From Tubiluchus corallicola (taxonomy: Eukaryota > Animalia > Priapulida), in the NCBI GenBank assembly GCA_030141605.1, contig JAQGDQ010000555.1:62001-126000 (forward strand): a DNA stretch of 64,000 nt, given 5' to 3'. The position numbers and the translations under genes were made by a program. This document shows, one piece after another, positions 51,335 through 62,200 of this stretch (its first letter is position 1; each line of letters begins with the position of its first letter). The notes under the pieces are model-generated. The model was not told where the DNA came from. It saw nothing but the letters and a program-made list of their open reading frames with translations, and searched no databases.

Positions 51335-52834
51335 TTAGAGACCAAAAATGGCTAGAGCATCGTGTACAAAATTACAAATATCAGCGGGATTTCCGCTGAA
51401 GAAAGTCACTAAATCATCAAATATTAAATCGGAATTGTTTCTTAAGATACGTGTTTCAGGGCATTCACATATTACGTGCAGTTCTGTTTGGATTTGTCCA
51501 CATGAACAGAGTCTTCGCTCTCTTTCAATACGGGACCAACGACCGGTTTCTATGGCAAGGTTGTGTGAGGAAAGTCTGAGCCTTGACGTTTTTATCCGTT
51601 TCAGTTCATTAACATTGTCACAGTAAATTCGATGGATAGAGAGTTCAGGGTTTAGTTGTAAGTATGTGACAAATTTCGTACGGTCAGAAGCGCGGGTCCT
51701 ATCTTTGATTCTATTCAGGTCATCATCGATAAAATCACCACGGTATCCAGTTATATTACGCAAATATCGAGCACATGGGGTGTTTGACTCGCGACACAAA
51801 TTGTAAACAATCATAAACGGATCATCAGGAATATTCACTCTTGAGCGAACAATCTTATTGAAAAAGCGAGATTGGGTGTCCTTCACAAAACCATTCAGGG
51901 AGGGAAGGCCCAACTCTATGAGACACAAATCATTAGCAGTTGTACGTCGCACACCGAGTAAACATTTGATAACACTAATATACATCCCTTGAATAGGATT
52001 AAGGTCATTGAATAGCCAAGACTCACATCCGTAAGTAATTGCAGCAAGTAGCGCGGCATTTAAAACTAACTTCTTAACTGCGAAAGGATAAGCTGAATTC
52101 TTAGAAATAAATGACACGAACTTCAGTACGTGACAATATTTGTCTTCGCAGTGTTTTTCCAGAGCGGGTTTAAATTTTCCTGTTGAGCTAAAGACAGCAC
52201 CGAGGTAAACGTAATAGTCACAGTGATTAACAGTAAGGGGGTTCACTACGAGGTCCAGACGATCAACAGCATCGCCATTAATAACCATAAATTTAGTCTT
52301 TTTTAAGTTCACCTTCATACCGGATTGATCACAGAACTCAATAAGGATACTGAGTTTTTGAATAATACCTTCTCTAGATGTTGACAATAAGATTGTATCA
52401 TCCATCAACATCAAACAGTGTAAATTTCCTAGGAAACCATCGAGACCACATCTAGACTTTAATTCACGAATAAGAGGGTTAATATACAGTGTGAAGAGGA
52501 AACAGGATGACGGAGAACCCTGCTTCACACCTAATGTAACACCAATAACGGCAGCACCAAGGACCAGCTGCGTATTCACATACATGGCAGCAAGAGCAGA
52601 AAGCATCACAAGACGACAGCCAAGAGCTCTCAAGGCCCTAATCAAACCAGAACGTGGAACTCTATCGTAAGCTTTCGAGAAGTCTACGAAAACGATATAT
52701 AATTTCCTCTTTTTAAACAGTGCATAGTCCATTAATAGTCTTAGAGTCACAATCCACTCAATGCAGGATCTACCCTTTTGGGCGCCAGCCTGCTCCCTAT
52801 CGGGTTTGAACCACATCTCTAAACGAAAAAACAA
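51335..52834 (-). CDS. 5'-truncated LINE RT, copy 3 (insert 51196-54371)
   Basis: Near-identical to copies 1 and 2. Confidence 0.93.
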   Translation of the reverse strand: MFFRLEMWFKPDREQAGAQKGRSCIEWIVTLRLLMDYALFKKRKLYIVFVDFSKAYDRVPRSGLIRALRALGCRLVMLSALAAMYVNTQLVLGAAVIGVTLGVKQGSPSSCFLFTLYINPLIRELKSRCGLDGFLGNLHCLMLMDDTILLSTSREGIIQKLSILIEFCDQSGMKVNLKKTKFMVINGDAVDRLDLVVNPLTVNHCDYYVYLGAVFSSTGKFKPALEKHCEDKYCHVLKFVSFISKNSAYPFAVKKLVLNAALLAAITYGCESWLFNDLNPIQGMYISVIKCLLGVRRTTANDLCLIELGLPSLNGFVKDTQSRFFNKIVRSRVNIPDDPFMIVYNLCRESNTPCARYLRNITGYRGDFIDDDLNRIKDRTRASDRTKFVTYLQLNPELSIHRIYCDNVNELKRIKTSRLRLSSHNLAIETGRWSRIERERRLCSCGQIQTELHVICECPETRILRNNSDLIFDDLVTFFSGNPADICNFVHDALAIFGL

Positions 52835-52854
52835 GTTATAGTGTTTTGATATAA

Positions 52855-54366
52855 TTATAGTTCATCTTCTGATCTTTTGGCACATTCTTTCATTTCTATA
52901 CTTTCTCCTTGAACTGCGTTTTTGTTTTTAATCTTGAATCTGATCAACTTGTACCCAATCCAAATGAGCAAAGAATTCACCTCAATACACGTGATTACCG
53001 TCATTAGCCATAGCCAATCTTTCGCAGAAGAGTAATCTTCATACCAGGCTAATGGTTCCATTTCGTGGTGAGAAATAAGTAGTGCATGAGTTTTGTTAAT
53101 TAAAGCATTTATCTCGTCGGTATAAGTAGTTAGATTATGGCTCTCCAATTTAGGTATCCAACTTTTCACCCGGTGGAGAGAATCACTACATTTGAGAAAA
53201 TATCCAGGGAGATGATACTCATTAGCTTTCTTGCATGTTAGCACAAGACTAGTGTTCTTGGGAATAATCTTTTCTGATGCTCCTGTATATCTTGATACTG
53301 TTCTTAATGAATAACTAGCCTGTCTTTGAACTAGCCACCCACCCATTAATGTAACTACTCCCCAACTTTCTGGCGACCTTTCATATTTGATAGATTGGTC
53401 AAACGGTTGGGTTTCCAAATAAGTTGGGCATACAATTACATTAAGATCTTGGCAAGATCCAGGAGGAATAATTTTAATTTCATTTATTCCCAAAATCATG
53501 TTGAATGCGTTTCCGTGGACAACCCAAGTTCCTCCTTTGACGATTGGCACATTCTGTGTCTTTACATGTACTTTGCCAGGCACTTGGATGATTTCTCTGA
53601 CATTGATTAACATCCACAGTCTTCGTGGCTCAGATTTAATGACTATAGCCCGGCTAGCTCCATAGGATAGCGGGATGCTGTTCTTTTGGTCAGACATGAG
53701 AGAATGAAACTGGGTGGGACTGATCAGTAGGGGGTCTATTTTTGAAGAGGTGATAGATTGTAGGCCATGTCCATATCGGATAGAATTTAAATAGTCGTGA
53801 AGTTTCTTCATGTCGTTAGCGTGTGCCATCATCAGGTTATGTACATTAGCATCTAACTTGCCAACAATTCTCTCTAACTCTTCTAGATCGTGGCCTAGGA
53901 TACCTATTTCTTTATTAGCTATTTCCAGTTCATGTGCTATTATCCCTTGATTGTTTCTTAAGTCCCCCATTTTCTTATTTAATGAATTTATTTCTGCCCT
54001 GTTTGTAGCGCCTAAGGCTAAAGCAGCAGTCGCCTCTGCCATAGCTGCGCTGGACATAATTAATCCGAGAAATCGTTTTTTCCTGTTATTATGGGTTGAA
54101 GAATTATCTTTTTCTCGAAACTGAATGAGATCGTAATGAATATTCCAGGCCCGGGACATATCGACTCTAACAACTTTGAAAGATTGTGCCACTTGATACC
54201 CAATGGGTTTTGGTTCTGTAATTATAATGCCATAAGACGCCAAGGCATCTTGATGTTTGTAGATTATATCTTGCGATAATTGTGGAATAATACTATTTAC
54301 ACTTATTATGGTTCCATAAGTAACAGCTGAAAGAACAAGAAGGATTGAAAGAGTATAATGACCCAT
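52855..54366 (-). CDS. Viral F-like fusion glycoprotein, copy 3
   Basis: Two substitutions relative to copies 1 and 2 (YDLF>YDLI, MGEL>MGDL). Confidence 0.85.
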   Translation of the reverse strand: MGHYTLSILLVLSAVTYGTIISVNSIIPQLSQDIIYKHQDALASYGIIITEPKPIGYQVAQSFKVVRVDMSRAWNIHYDLIQFREKDNSSTHNNRKKRFLGLIMSSAAMAEATAALALGATNRAEINSLNKKMGDLRNNQGIIAHELEIANKEIGILGHDLEELERIVGKLDANVHNLMMAHANDMKKLHDYLNSIRYGHGLQSITSSKIDPLLISPTQFHSLMSDQKNSIPLSYGASRAIVIKSEPRRLWMLINVREIIQVPGKVHVKTQNVPIVKGGTWVVHGNAFNMILGINEIKIIPPGSCQDLNVIVCPTYLETQPFDQSIKYERSPESWGVVTLMGGWLVQRQASYSLRTVSRYTGASEKIIPKNTSLVLTCKKANEYHLPGYFLKCSDSLHRVKSWIPKLESHNLTTYTDEINALINKTHALLISHHEMEPLAWYEDYSSAKDWLWLMTVITCIEVNSLLIWIGYKLIRFKIKNKNAVQGESIEMKECAKRSEDEL

Positions 54367-54371
54367 TTTGA

Positions 54372-54739
54372 CTTCTACATTTTAGTTCTTCAAAACCACG
54401 AGGTTGTATGTCAGAATGGCTATCTTCTACATTTTAGTTCTTCTAAACCACGAGGTTGTATGTCAGAATGGCTACCTCCTATATTTTTGTTCTTCAAAAC
54501 CATGAGGTTGTATGTCAGAATGGCTACCTTCTACATTTTAGTTCTTCTAAACCACGAGGTTGTATGTCAGAATGGCTATCTTCTACATTTTAGTTCTTCT
54601 AAACCACGAGGTTGTATGTCAGAATGGCTATCTTCTACATTTTAGTTCTTCTAAACCACGAGGTTGTATGTCAGAATGGCTCTTCTACATTTTAGTTCTG
54701 CTAAACCACGAGGTTGTATGTCAGAATGGCTACCTTCTA
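54372..54739. repeat. 52-bp satellite spacer 3 (7 units), ending at CCTTCTA
   Basis: 368 bp = 7x52 + 6 - 2. Confidence 0.95.
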
Positions 54740-54745
54740 TGCAAT

Positions 54746-55813
54746 TTATGCAATTTTGAAATTGGTCGTGGTTGTTTGGAATTCATCATCACTGTCTTCG
54801 ATATACTTGTTTCCTACTGTGTGTCTGGTTACTTGATCCCTTTGAAAGTTTGCTCTTTCTATGGAGAGGTTTTCCATTGCCTGTCTTACATCTTCAGAGC
54901 CCTCATTTCTCGCCGCTGTAGCGGCTTCTCTTCTGATGATTTTTCCTAGCTGTTTCGCGAATTCGTCGATTGTTGGGGAAACATCAGGCTTTTTATATTG
55001 CCAAACACTGTATCGAGGGTCGTTTGTGTTATCCTTATCGGAAATGATGTGCAATAATACTGTTGTGAGTACTCTGTTATTGTTAGTACTTATGTTGGTG
55101 AATGCATTTTGGTTAAAGTTTTTGGCGTACAAATAGGATTTGTCGGGTCTCCCAACACAAGTTTGCCAGAACCTTTGGAGCCGGAGCAACTCTTTTATAG
55201 TCCATGAGCACCCTATTTTCTTTAACAACTCATTTCTGTCCAGTTTTGTAGACTCTGTGGCTTGTGCTAACAATTGGGGAAGTGTAAGTGAGGCCCACGT
55301 TAGGTGTCTCATTACAGCAAAGTTTACATACCGATAGAGTTCTTCTCCCCGACCAGTTATCCTTCCGCTCCTTACACAAAGCCCAAACGTCATAAGCGCT
55401 GTTGCGCAGACCTCCGGACGTGAAAACACTGTATAGTAAGCATTCCATAGTGACTCGTTGACTTTGAGTCCTAGTGGCCTATAATTCCACATCATTGAAT
55501 TCTCAGTTTCTTCACTCAGTACTTTGTTTCTTACTTGTTTCGATTTGCCTGCCGCTCGAGTGAGAACCATTACAAGAAAACATATTGAGTCTAATTCCCA
55601 TTCGTAGATGTCGGTAGCTGCCGTTTCAAAATAACTGTCGACTTTTTCCCACACCTCAATGATGTCGTTGGTCATGACATCTGGTGATCGTTGAGGAAGT
55701 TTAGATAGTTCATGGAGTAATTTGCCTGTGTCACCATCTGATCCGGAGGTTCCAGGCTCTAGATCTTCTCCCTTTGATCCAGCATTCAATTTGGCATAGC
55801 TGCCCAAAGTCAT
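54746..55813 (-). CDS. Putative mononegavirus (rhabdo-like) nucleoprotein, about 355 aa, endogenous viral element
   Basis: Intronless, helical-looking protein from ATG 55813 (MTLGSY). SYLYAKNFNQNAFTNISTNNNRVLTTVL resembles the YAR..D..F..L....N motif of plant/invertebrate rhabdovirus-type N proteins; acidic tail EDSDDEF. Confidence 0.65.
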   Translation of the reverse strand: MTLGSYAKLNAGSKGEDLEPGTSGSDGDTGKLLHELSKLPQRSPDVMTNDIIEVWEKVDSYFETAATDIYEWELDSICFLVMVLTRAAGKSKQVRNKVLSEETENSMMWNYRPLGLKVNESLWNAYYTVFSRPEVCATALMTFGLCVRSGRITGRGEELYRYVNFAVMRHLTWASLTLPQLLAQATESTKLDRNELLKKIGCSWTIKELLRLQRFWQTCVGRPDKSYLYAKNFNQNAFTNISTNNNRVLTTVLLHIISDKDNTNDPRYSVWQYKKPDVSPTIDEFAKQLGKIIRREAATAARNEGSEDVRQAMENLSIERANFQRDQVTRHTVGNKYIEDSDDEFQTTTTNFKIA

Positions 55814-56070
55814 AGTTTTGTGTTGGAGCGGAAAGTCTTGCGAGAACTCATCACACAAATTATTACCAGGTGTTACACATTTTGGATCACGTACAGTATT
55901 ACCAGATGTTACACATTTTTTGCAAAAGACAAATTTACAATTATATGTAATAGTAAAACATATGTAACGAGCTACAAATTGGATTAGTACTATACAAGGA
56001 GAATGCATTACAGGATAAGATACATATTCACAATTATACGATAATAAAAATATATAAGGTAAGATTAGGT

Positions 56071-57257
56071 AGACATCAAACATTCGAGTTCGCCATTCTA
56101 CTGGTGTTTGCTAAAAGAAATTATTGAGTTTACTAAGAGGTTACTTTTTTATCTCACTAGTACACATTAGGGGTAAACATCAAACATTCCAGTTCGCCAT
56201 TCTACTGGTCTTTGCTAAAAGAAATTATTGAGTTTACTAAGGGGTTACTTTTTTATCTCATTAGTACACACTAGGGGTAAACATCAAACATTCGAGTTCG
56301 CCATTCTACTGGTGTTTGCTAAAAGAAATTATTGAATTATTAATGATTAGTTTTTATCAGCCGTGCTTTTGCTTAAGTCTCAACCTGGTGGAGTGACTCA
56401 AATCAAGCACAGTGTTCATGTTTACTGTCTAAAATATCGAAAATGAATTGAAAAACATGATTATTTTTCATATACACTTTTATACATAATTGTCAGATAT
56501 ATTTAAAATAAAATGGGGAAATGATGTTCAAAAACTTGCGCAACAGCTTGTTTTAAAATGCTGAAATTAATAAATAAAAACAATTTTTAATGACTGTTAG
56601 CTATGAGCTTATAGACTTTTGCGTCTAATTGTTTTAATCGCTCAATTAGCTTATCTATTAGATAAGCAGTTAACTCATTGTTGTGTATCAAATAAGAAAT
56701 CAAATCTTCGATAAACTGCACTTGTTCTTCCGTTAGTTAAATTTTCCGTGTAACTGCACACACATTAAAGATATTAAAATTTAGCTTACTTCGTTCGTAG
56801 AACGTTTTTCTCCTCCATTTTGTGGTTTAACATTGTACTTGAATTTTGGAGGAGAATATGCAGGTGGCGGTACTATATTAATTCGCCGTGGTATCATTAT
56901 ACGTTTCTTTCCTCTCTCTAAATAAAAAAATCGCACTTTTCTTTACTTGTGTCGCATGAAAACTAATTGAATGTCGCGTAGGGTGACGTCATAGAACCCT
57001 CGGCTGTTGCTCAGGACCAATCAGAGTTCGTAGCGTCACTCCCAACTTTTGCGTTATTATGCTTCCGGTTGCTATAGTAACCATTGTAGGTAAATTTGCC
57101 CTCCTGGTAAATCCTGTGAAATAAGACGAACAAAAAATCAAGTTTATTTTTGGTTACTTTGATTGAGTTTTAACGAACTTAATGCTGTGGAAATATAGTT
57201 CAAAAGCTGAATCTGACAGTGATAGTTTTTATTAAAATTCGATAAGCTTTCACACTA
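56071..57257. repeat. Locally duplicated block, copy A (contains an internal ~104-bp triplet at 56071-56335)
   Basis: Aligns by eye to 59040-60098, including TGACGTCA and CCAATCA motifs. Confidence 0.85.
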
Positions 57258-57929
57258 TTAATATATAACCTTTGCACATTAATTCAACCGCTAACAGATT
57301 TTTTCCCACCTCTCATGGTATTTTTCAGCCATTAAATGGGACGTATACGTCACCAAATCCCACAAACAGTATTTCTAACATGAACTAGCCTAATTTATAC
57401 ATTGTAAATATTGTTACTGATATGATGTGATCGGAGCAGTAGATCTGACGGAAACAGTGAGAGATGCGAAAGACGTTCCCCGATGCACCATGTCAAAAGT
57501 TGTCAAGAATTTATCGAAAAAACTGTCGTGGACAGACCTTAGGATTCTTAGGATTTAATCCCAATTGAAAACTCATTAAATTCAAGCTACAAGCTGGATG
57601 AGTTCCATATTCAAATTATATGAATTTCCTTAACAAAATCAGGGAGGAGCGAGTTTATCATCTTAATCTGATTCATCTGATAAACTCAATTAATATCTAC
57701 TGAAATTCATATTCCGAAATTTATTCATAACATAATGCACATGGGGAACAAACAAGTATTTAGGCCAGCACATTGCAAACTGGTATATTTGCTAAGCTTC
57801 AGCAATATGAGTCTAACATGCTTAACACTAAAATACAAATTGTACTTTAATTCTAATGCAAAACAGATTATTAACTGTGAACACTTGCAAAACGATAGTT
57901 AGTTAATTATGGCTAGTAAGCATACTTAC

Positions 57930-58055
57930 TCGTTCAACAACCTGGTTACAGCTGTAAAACGTTCTCCCACCATACACAGGGGGTAGGAGGGCCTCCCTCG
58001 GTCTTTTCCTCATTGGGAAGTTTGGCAAAAGCCCAGTAGACCTGCGATTGTCATA
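57930..58055 (-). CDS. Putative phase-0 exon (42 codons) of an unknown gene, duplicate A
   Basis: TTTTGCAG acceptor and GTAAGT donor; YDNRRSTGLLPNFPMRKRPREALLPPVYGGRTFYSCNQVVER. Confidence 0.55.
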
Positions 58056-58239
58056 CTGCAAAATAGGGTGAACATTGAGTTTGAATGCTATCCGGTGTCC
58101 GGAAGCAAGTACATATATGAGTCTAACATGCTTAACACTAAAATACAAATTGTACTTTAATTCTAATGCAAAACGGATTATTAACTGCGAACATTTGCAA
58201 AACGATAGTTAGTTAATTATGGCTAGTAAGCATACTTAC

Positions 58240-58368
58240 TTTGTCGAATGCCTTTTTCGATGGATAAAACGGTCTGCCACCGTATAGTGGTGGCAGAACC
58301 GCTTCTTTAGGTCTTGGTAATGGCGGAAAGTTGGGTACTGGGCCCGTACGCCCGCGGCAATTGTCACA
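58240..58368 (-). CDS. Putative phase-0 exon (43 codons) of an unknown gene, duplicate B
   Basis: Same splice contexts; CDNCRGRTGPVPNFPPLPRPKEAVLPPLYGGRPFYPSKKAFDK. Confidence 0.55.
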
Positions 58369-59039
58369 CTGCAAAATAGGGTGAACATTGAGTTAGAATC
58401 CTATCAGGTGTGAAATATAATAAATATGTTTGGCAGAAATAAAGGCATCTGTAATTTCCTTCAGTGAGAAATGCGGATTGGTTTTAAGATCCGTATTTGT
58501 AGAGGGTTGTATATACACTGCAGGTGTCTCTATGCGTAATTCTCAACATCATTTTCAAGATTTGTAGAGAAAACACTTTATCAGCTGCTTCGCTTTTAAC
58601 CTAAATAATGACGTAGTTATGCGACCTTACGTCATAGAAACCTGCCAGGCACAGAGGACCAATAAGAACCCTGACAGCTCGCATTAGCAAAAATTATTTA
58701 TATATTTAATTATGTATTTACTTATATTTTTTTATTTATTCAGTCAACAAGGAGTATTTAAATTTTACAAGGTGCGATACAAAAGTATAGTGTCGTGACA
58801 TTAAATAGGGGAGACCCGGGTAAAGTGGACATTTACGGGTTTTCGCTCATAAAGTTCAAGACGTTTGATCTGTAACAATCAATTACATGCCCTATTCTTC
58901 CGTAGGAAACTCTGCTATATTCATGTGGTAAAAACTTATAATTACTATTACTCGTTTAACCGATAATTCCGAAATACGAAACCAAAATTTCTAGCGCAAA
59001 GTGGATCTTTTACGACCATTATGGATCATACGTATGGGC

Positions 59040-60098
59040 ATTAGTACACGTTAGGAGTAAACATCAGACATTCGAGTTCGCCATTCTACTGGTGTTTGCT
59101 AAAAGAAATTATTGAATTATTAATGATTAGTATTTATCAGCCGTGCTTTTGCTTAAGTCTGTACCTGGTGAAGTGACTCAAATCAAGCACAGTGTTCATG
59201 TTTACGGTCTAAAACATCGAAAATGAATTGAAAAACATAATTATTTTTCATATACACTTTTATACATAATTGTCAGATATATTTAAAATAAAATGGGGAA
59301 ATGATGTTCAAAAAGTTGCGCAACAGTTTGTTTTAAAATGCTGAAATTAATAAGTAAAAACAATTTTTAATGACTGTTATAGACTTTTGCGTCTAACTGT
59401 TTTAATTGCTCCATTAGCTTATCTATTAGATAAGCAGTTAACTCATTGTTTTTTATCTAGATTTCTGCTGGATTTCTACTGTGTTTACCTATCTTGAGGG
59501 CAGGCTGCTTTCTATAGTATGTCTACAATAGACGTAATAGCCATATGATGGCGATAATTTTTCTCATTACTAACCTAACACTGCATGAGCTGAAATTTTC
59601 CATGTAACTGCACACACGTTAAAGATATTAAAATTTAGCTTAGTTCGTTCGTAGAATGTTTTGCTCCTGCATTTTGTGGTTTAACGTTGTACTTGAATTT
59701 TGGAGAAGAATATGCAGGTGGCGGTACTATATTAATTCGCCATGGTATCTTTTTATATCTCTCTAAAAAACGTAGTTTTCGTTTTGCTTGTATCGCATGA
59801 AAAGTAATTGAATGTCGTGTAGGGTGACGTCATAGAGCCCTCGGCTCTTGCTCAGGACCAATCAGAATTCGTAGCGTCACTCCCAACTTTTGCGTTATTA
59901 TGCTTCCGGTTGCTATAGTAACCATTGTAGGTAAAATTGCCCTCCTGGTAAATCCTGTGAAATAAGACGAACAGAAAATCAAGTTTATTTTTGGTTACTT
60001 TGATTGAGTTTTAACGAACTTAATCCTGTGGAAATATAGTTTGAAAGCTGAATCTGACAGAGATAGTTTTTATTAGAATTCGATAAATTTTCACACTA
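59040..60098. repeat. Locally duplicated block, copy B
   Basis: Direct repeat of about 56260-57257 with an internal substituted segment near 59455-59590. Confidence 0.85.
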
Positions 60099-60283
60099 GG
60101 CTATGCTAAATGACTAACAAAATTCCTTTAAGATATAGGTGTTTAAAACATGAATCTAACATACCATTTGGCTTTGTCCTTTTCTCCTTTGCTCCACTTT
60201 TAAATAGTTTTAAATAGTTCTTTTTGATTTGTTGTATTTTGTCAATTTTTTGTGTTTTTTTCTTTTTTTTCTTCCTCCGTCCA

Positions 60284-60901
60284 CTAGTCGCTCTCCACAT
60301 CAATTAAATGTGGCAGTACCTCGAAAGAAGTAAGCCACATTTCTTCCGCCCCGTCATACCAGCTCCGCTTGGCTTCCCGTAATATGGAGGCCAGTTCGAA
60401 AATATTAAAAATTTCACAGGGGTCCATAGCCACACAATATTGTTCTCTATTTATTAAACGCACCCTCCCTGGAGCGAAATGGTTTAATAACCTTGCCATG
60501 ACTGGCATCCCATAGATCCTACTCACTTGGAAGAGTACTATTTCCTCCTGTAAAATGAATATAAATCCTTATTAATATTTCTTTAGGCAAACCTCTTTTT
60601 TTTCTGTAAATTTATTAACGTGATTTTAGCTCCAAAGCTCCAAAATCATCAATACAGTGATTTTATTGATACTGGTATTATAATTGTGATTATTACTAAA
60701 ATTATTACTTACGCCATTAACAACCGATTTCCCATACAAATGCCGGAAGGTCCCCGGAAAATTTATGCCTAGTTGCCTAATCCGGCGTGATATCTGTTGT
60801 AGAAGGTACTCTGCTTCACATAACACGTCATAAATGCTGTCGTCGTTAGGACTGGGCAACACACCCAATAGATATGCATTCGTAGAAATCTGTGCTGCCA
60901 T
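60284..60901 (-). CDS. Two-exon hypothetical protein, 150 aa (exons 60901-60713 and 60547-60284)
   Basis: ATG at 60901, donor GGC|GTAAGT, acceptor TTTTACAG|GAG; the phase-0 join keeps the frame open to TAG; TATA-like CATAAAAG about 115 bp upstream. Confidence 0.6.
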
Positions 60902-61202
60902 TGTATGCTAGGTTTTAAGAAACAAATTGATGGATAAACCGCTAACAACAATCTACAAACTTCACCAAGCACGGGCTAAATCCAAAAGAGGCTACTTAAA
61001 AGCCTAGGAGTCTCTTTTATGCTTAAGAGGCCTGGGAACTTTCGTATACTGTGTATAGAATTTGACTCCGTTTCGGTCCCAATGCTCATTACTACGCAAT
61101 AAAAGTCCTAATAGTCAAAACCCTTTTTCCCACCTCTCATGGTATTTTTCAGCCATTAAATGGGATGTATACATCACAAAATCCCATAAACAGTATTTCT
61201 AG

Positions 61203-62200
61203 ACATAAGGTCCAGACATCAATTTAACTCCATTAGTCTTCTTTGTTTTCTTTGATGTTTCACTCTGAAAGTCTGTTGTCTACATTCACTTCGCTTGACT
61301 GGAATTCAGGCAGATTGAGTTTCAGTTCCATAAACCAAATCGTGGGCTAGGTCATCTTGTGTATTGCACACAACGGGTTCAGAATCTATTACTCTCACAA
61401 GCTTCTTACAATGTTCAGCTGTGTTGCCGACTCCCACTTAAATATCACTAAGCTCACCAAAAAAATCAAGTTTAGGGCCCTGACCTTCGATCCACTGGGC
61501 CACCTGATCTACATTCTGTCCATATACTACTATACGCTTTGCAGGTTTAAATGACAACTTTCCATAAATCCGAGCTTCAATTGCCTCATCACTCTTGTAC
61601 CTTTCGTCAACATCTAAAAGACCATATCTGTTTGTACCCAGATCAATCTTACAATCAGTTTTCTCATGGTTAGCCAGATTTGGTTTTCCTAAACCGACCT
61701 TATACCAAGTCTGCTCCTCAAGTTGTTTGCTTAACACTCTAACTACACCTCTAAGCCTGTTTATTAAAGCATTAATCTTGTTTCGTTGCACCTTTTCAAT
61801 CTTTTCAATTAACCTCTTCGCTGATCCAAGTAACTTGTTCATAATTAGCTCTTTGGCACTTTTCCTCTTCTAATTTTTCTACAAAGCGACATCTTCGGGC
61901 ACAGGCTTTCTTGATTTTCTTGACTCTCGCTTCGTACATTTGCATTTGTTCTTCTGCATGCATAGCTTGCCTGGATCTCACTTTCTTTTGAGCAATGATC
62001 CGGTTGAGCATTTTACTGCTCTTATTTACTAATTTTACGCTAAAGTTTTGCTCATCTTTAGCGTGAAAATTGGTCAAGGTTTGCAGTCTTCCGTGTTCCT
62101 CATCTAACCAATTTTAATATCCTATCCCAACAATCTCCTGTCTGACCGGGATAGAATCGAACGTGCGCTGAAATTCTTCTAGTTCATCTTTTTTCAAAGG
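61203..62200 (-). pseudogene. Disrupted intronless ORF, basic and coiled-coil-rich, origin unknown
   Basis: Overlapping ORFs 61805-62077 and 61438-61842 can be joined by one frameshift; coding-like sequence continues past in-frame stops on both sides. Confidence 0.45.

Noticed and set aside
42731-54739. 52-bp array as a true CRISPR
   Set aside because: It is a contiguous satellite with kb-scale retro-insertions; the resemblance is only an analogy.
55814-56083. N-terminal 90 aa of the 445-aa ORF
   Set aside because: AT-rich flank with a short direct repeat (ATTACCAG.TGTTACACATTTT x2); most likely chance read-through upstream of the real ATG at 55813.
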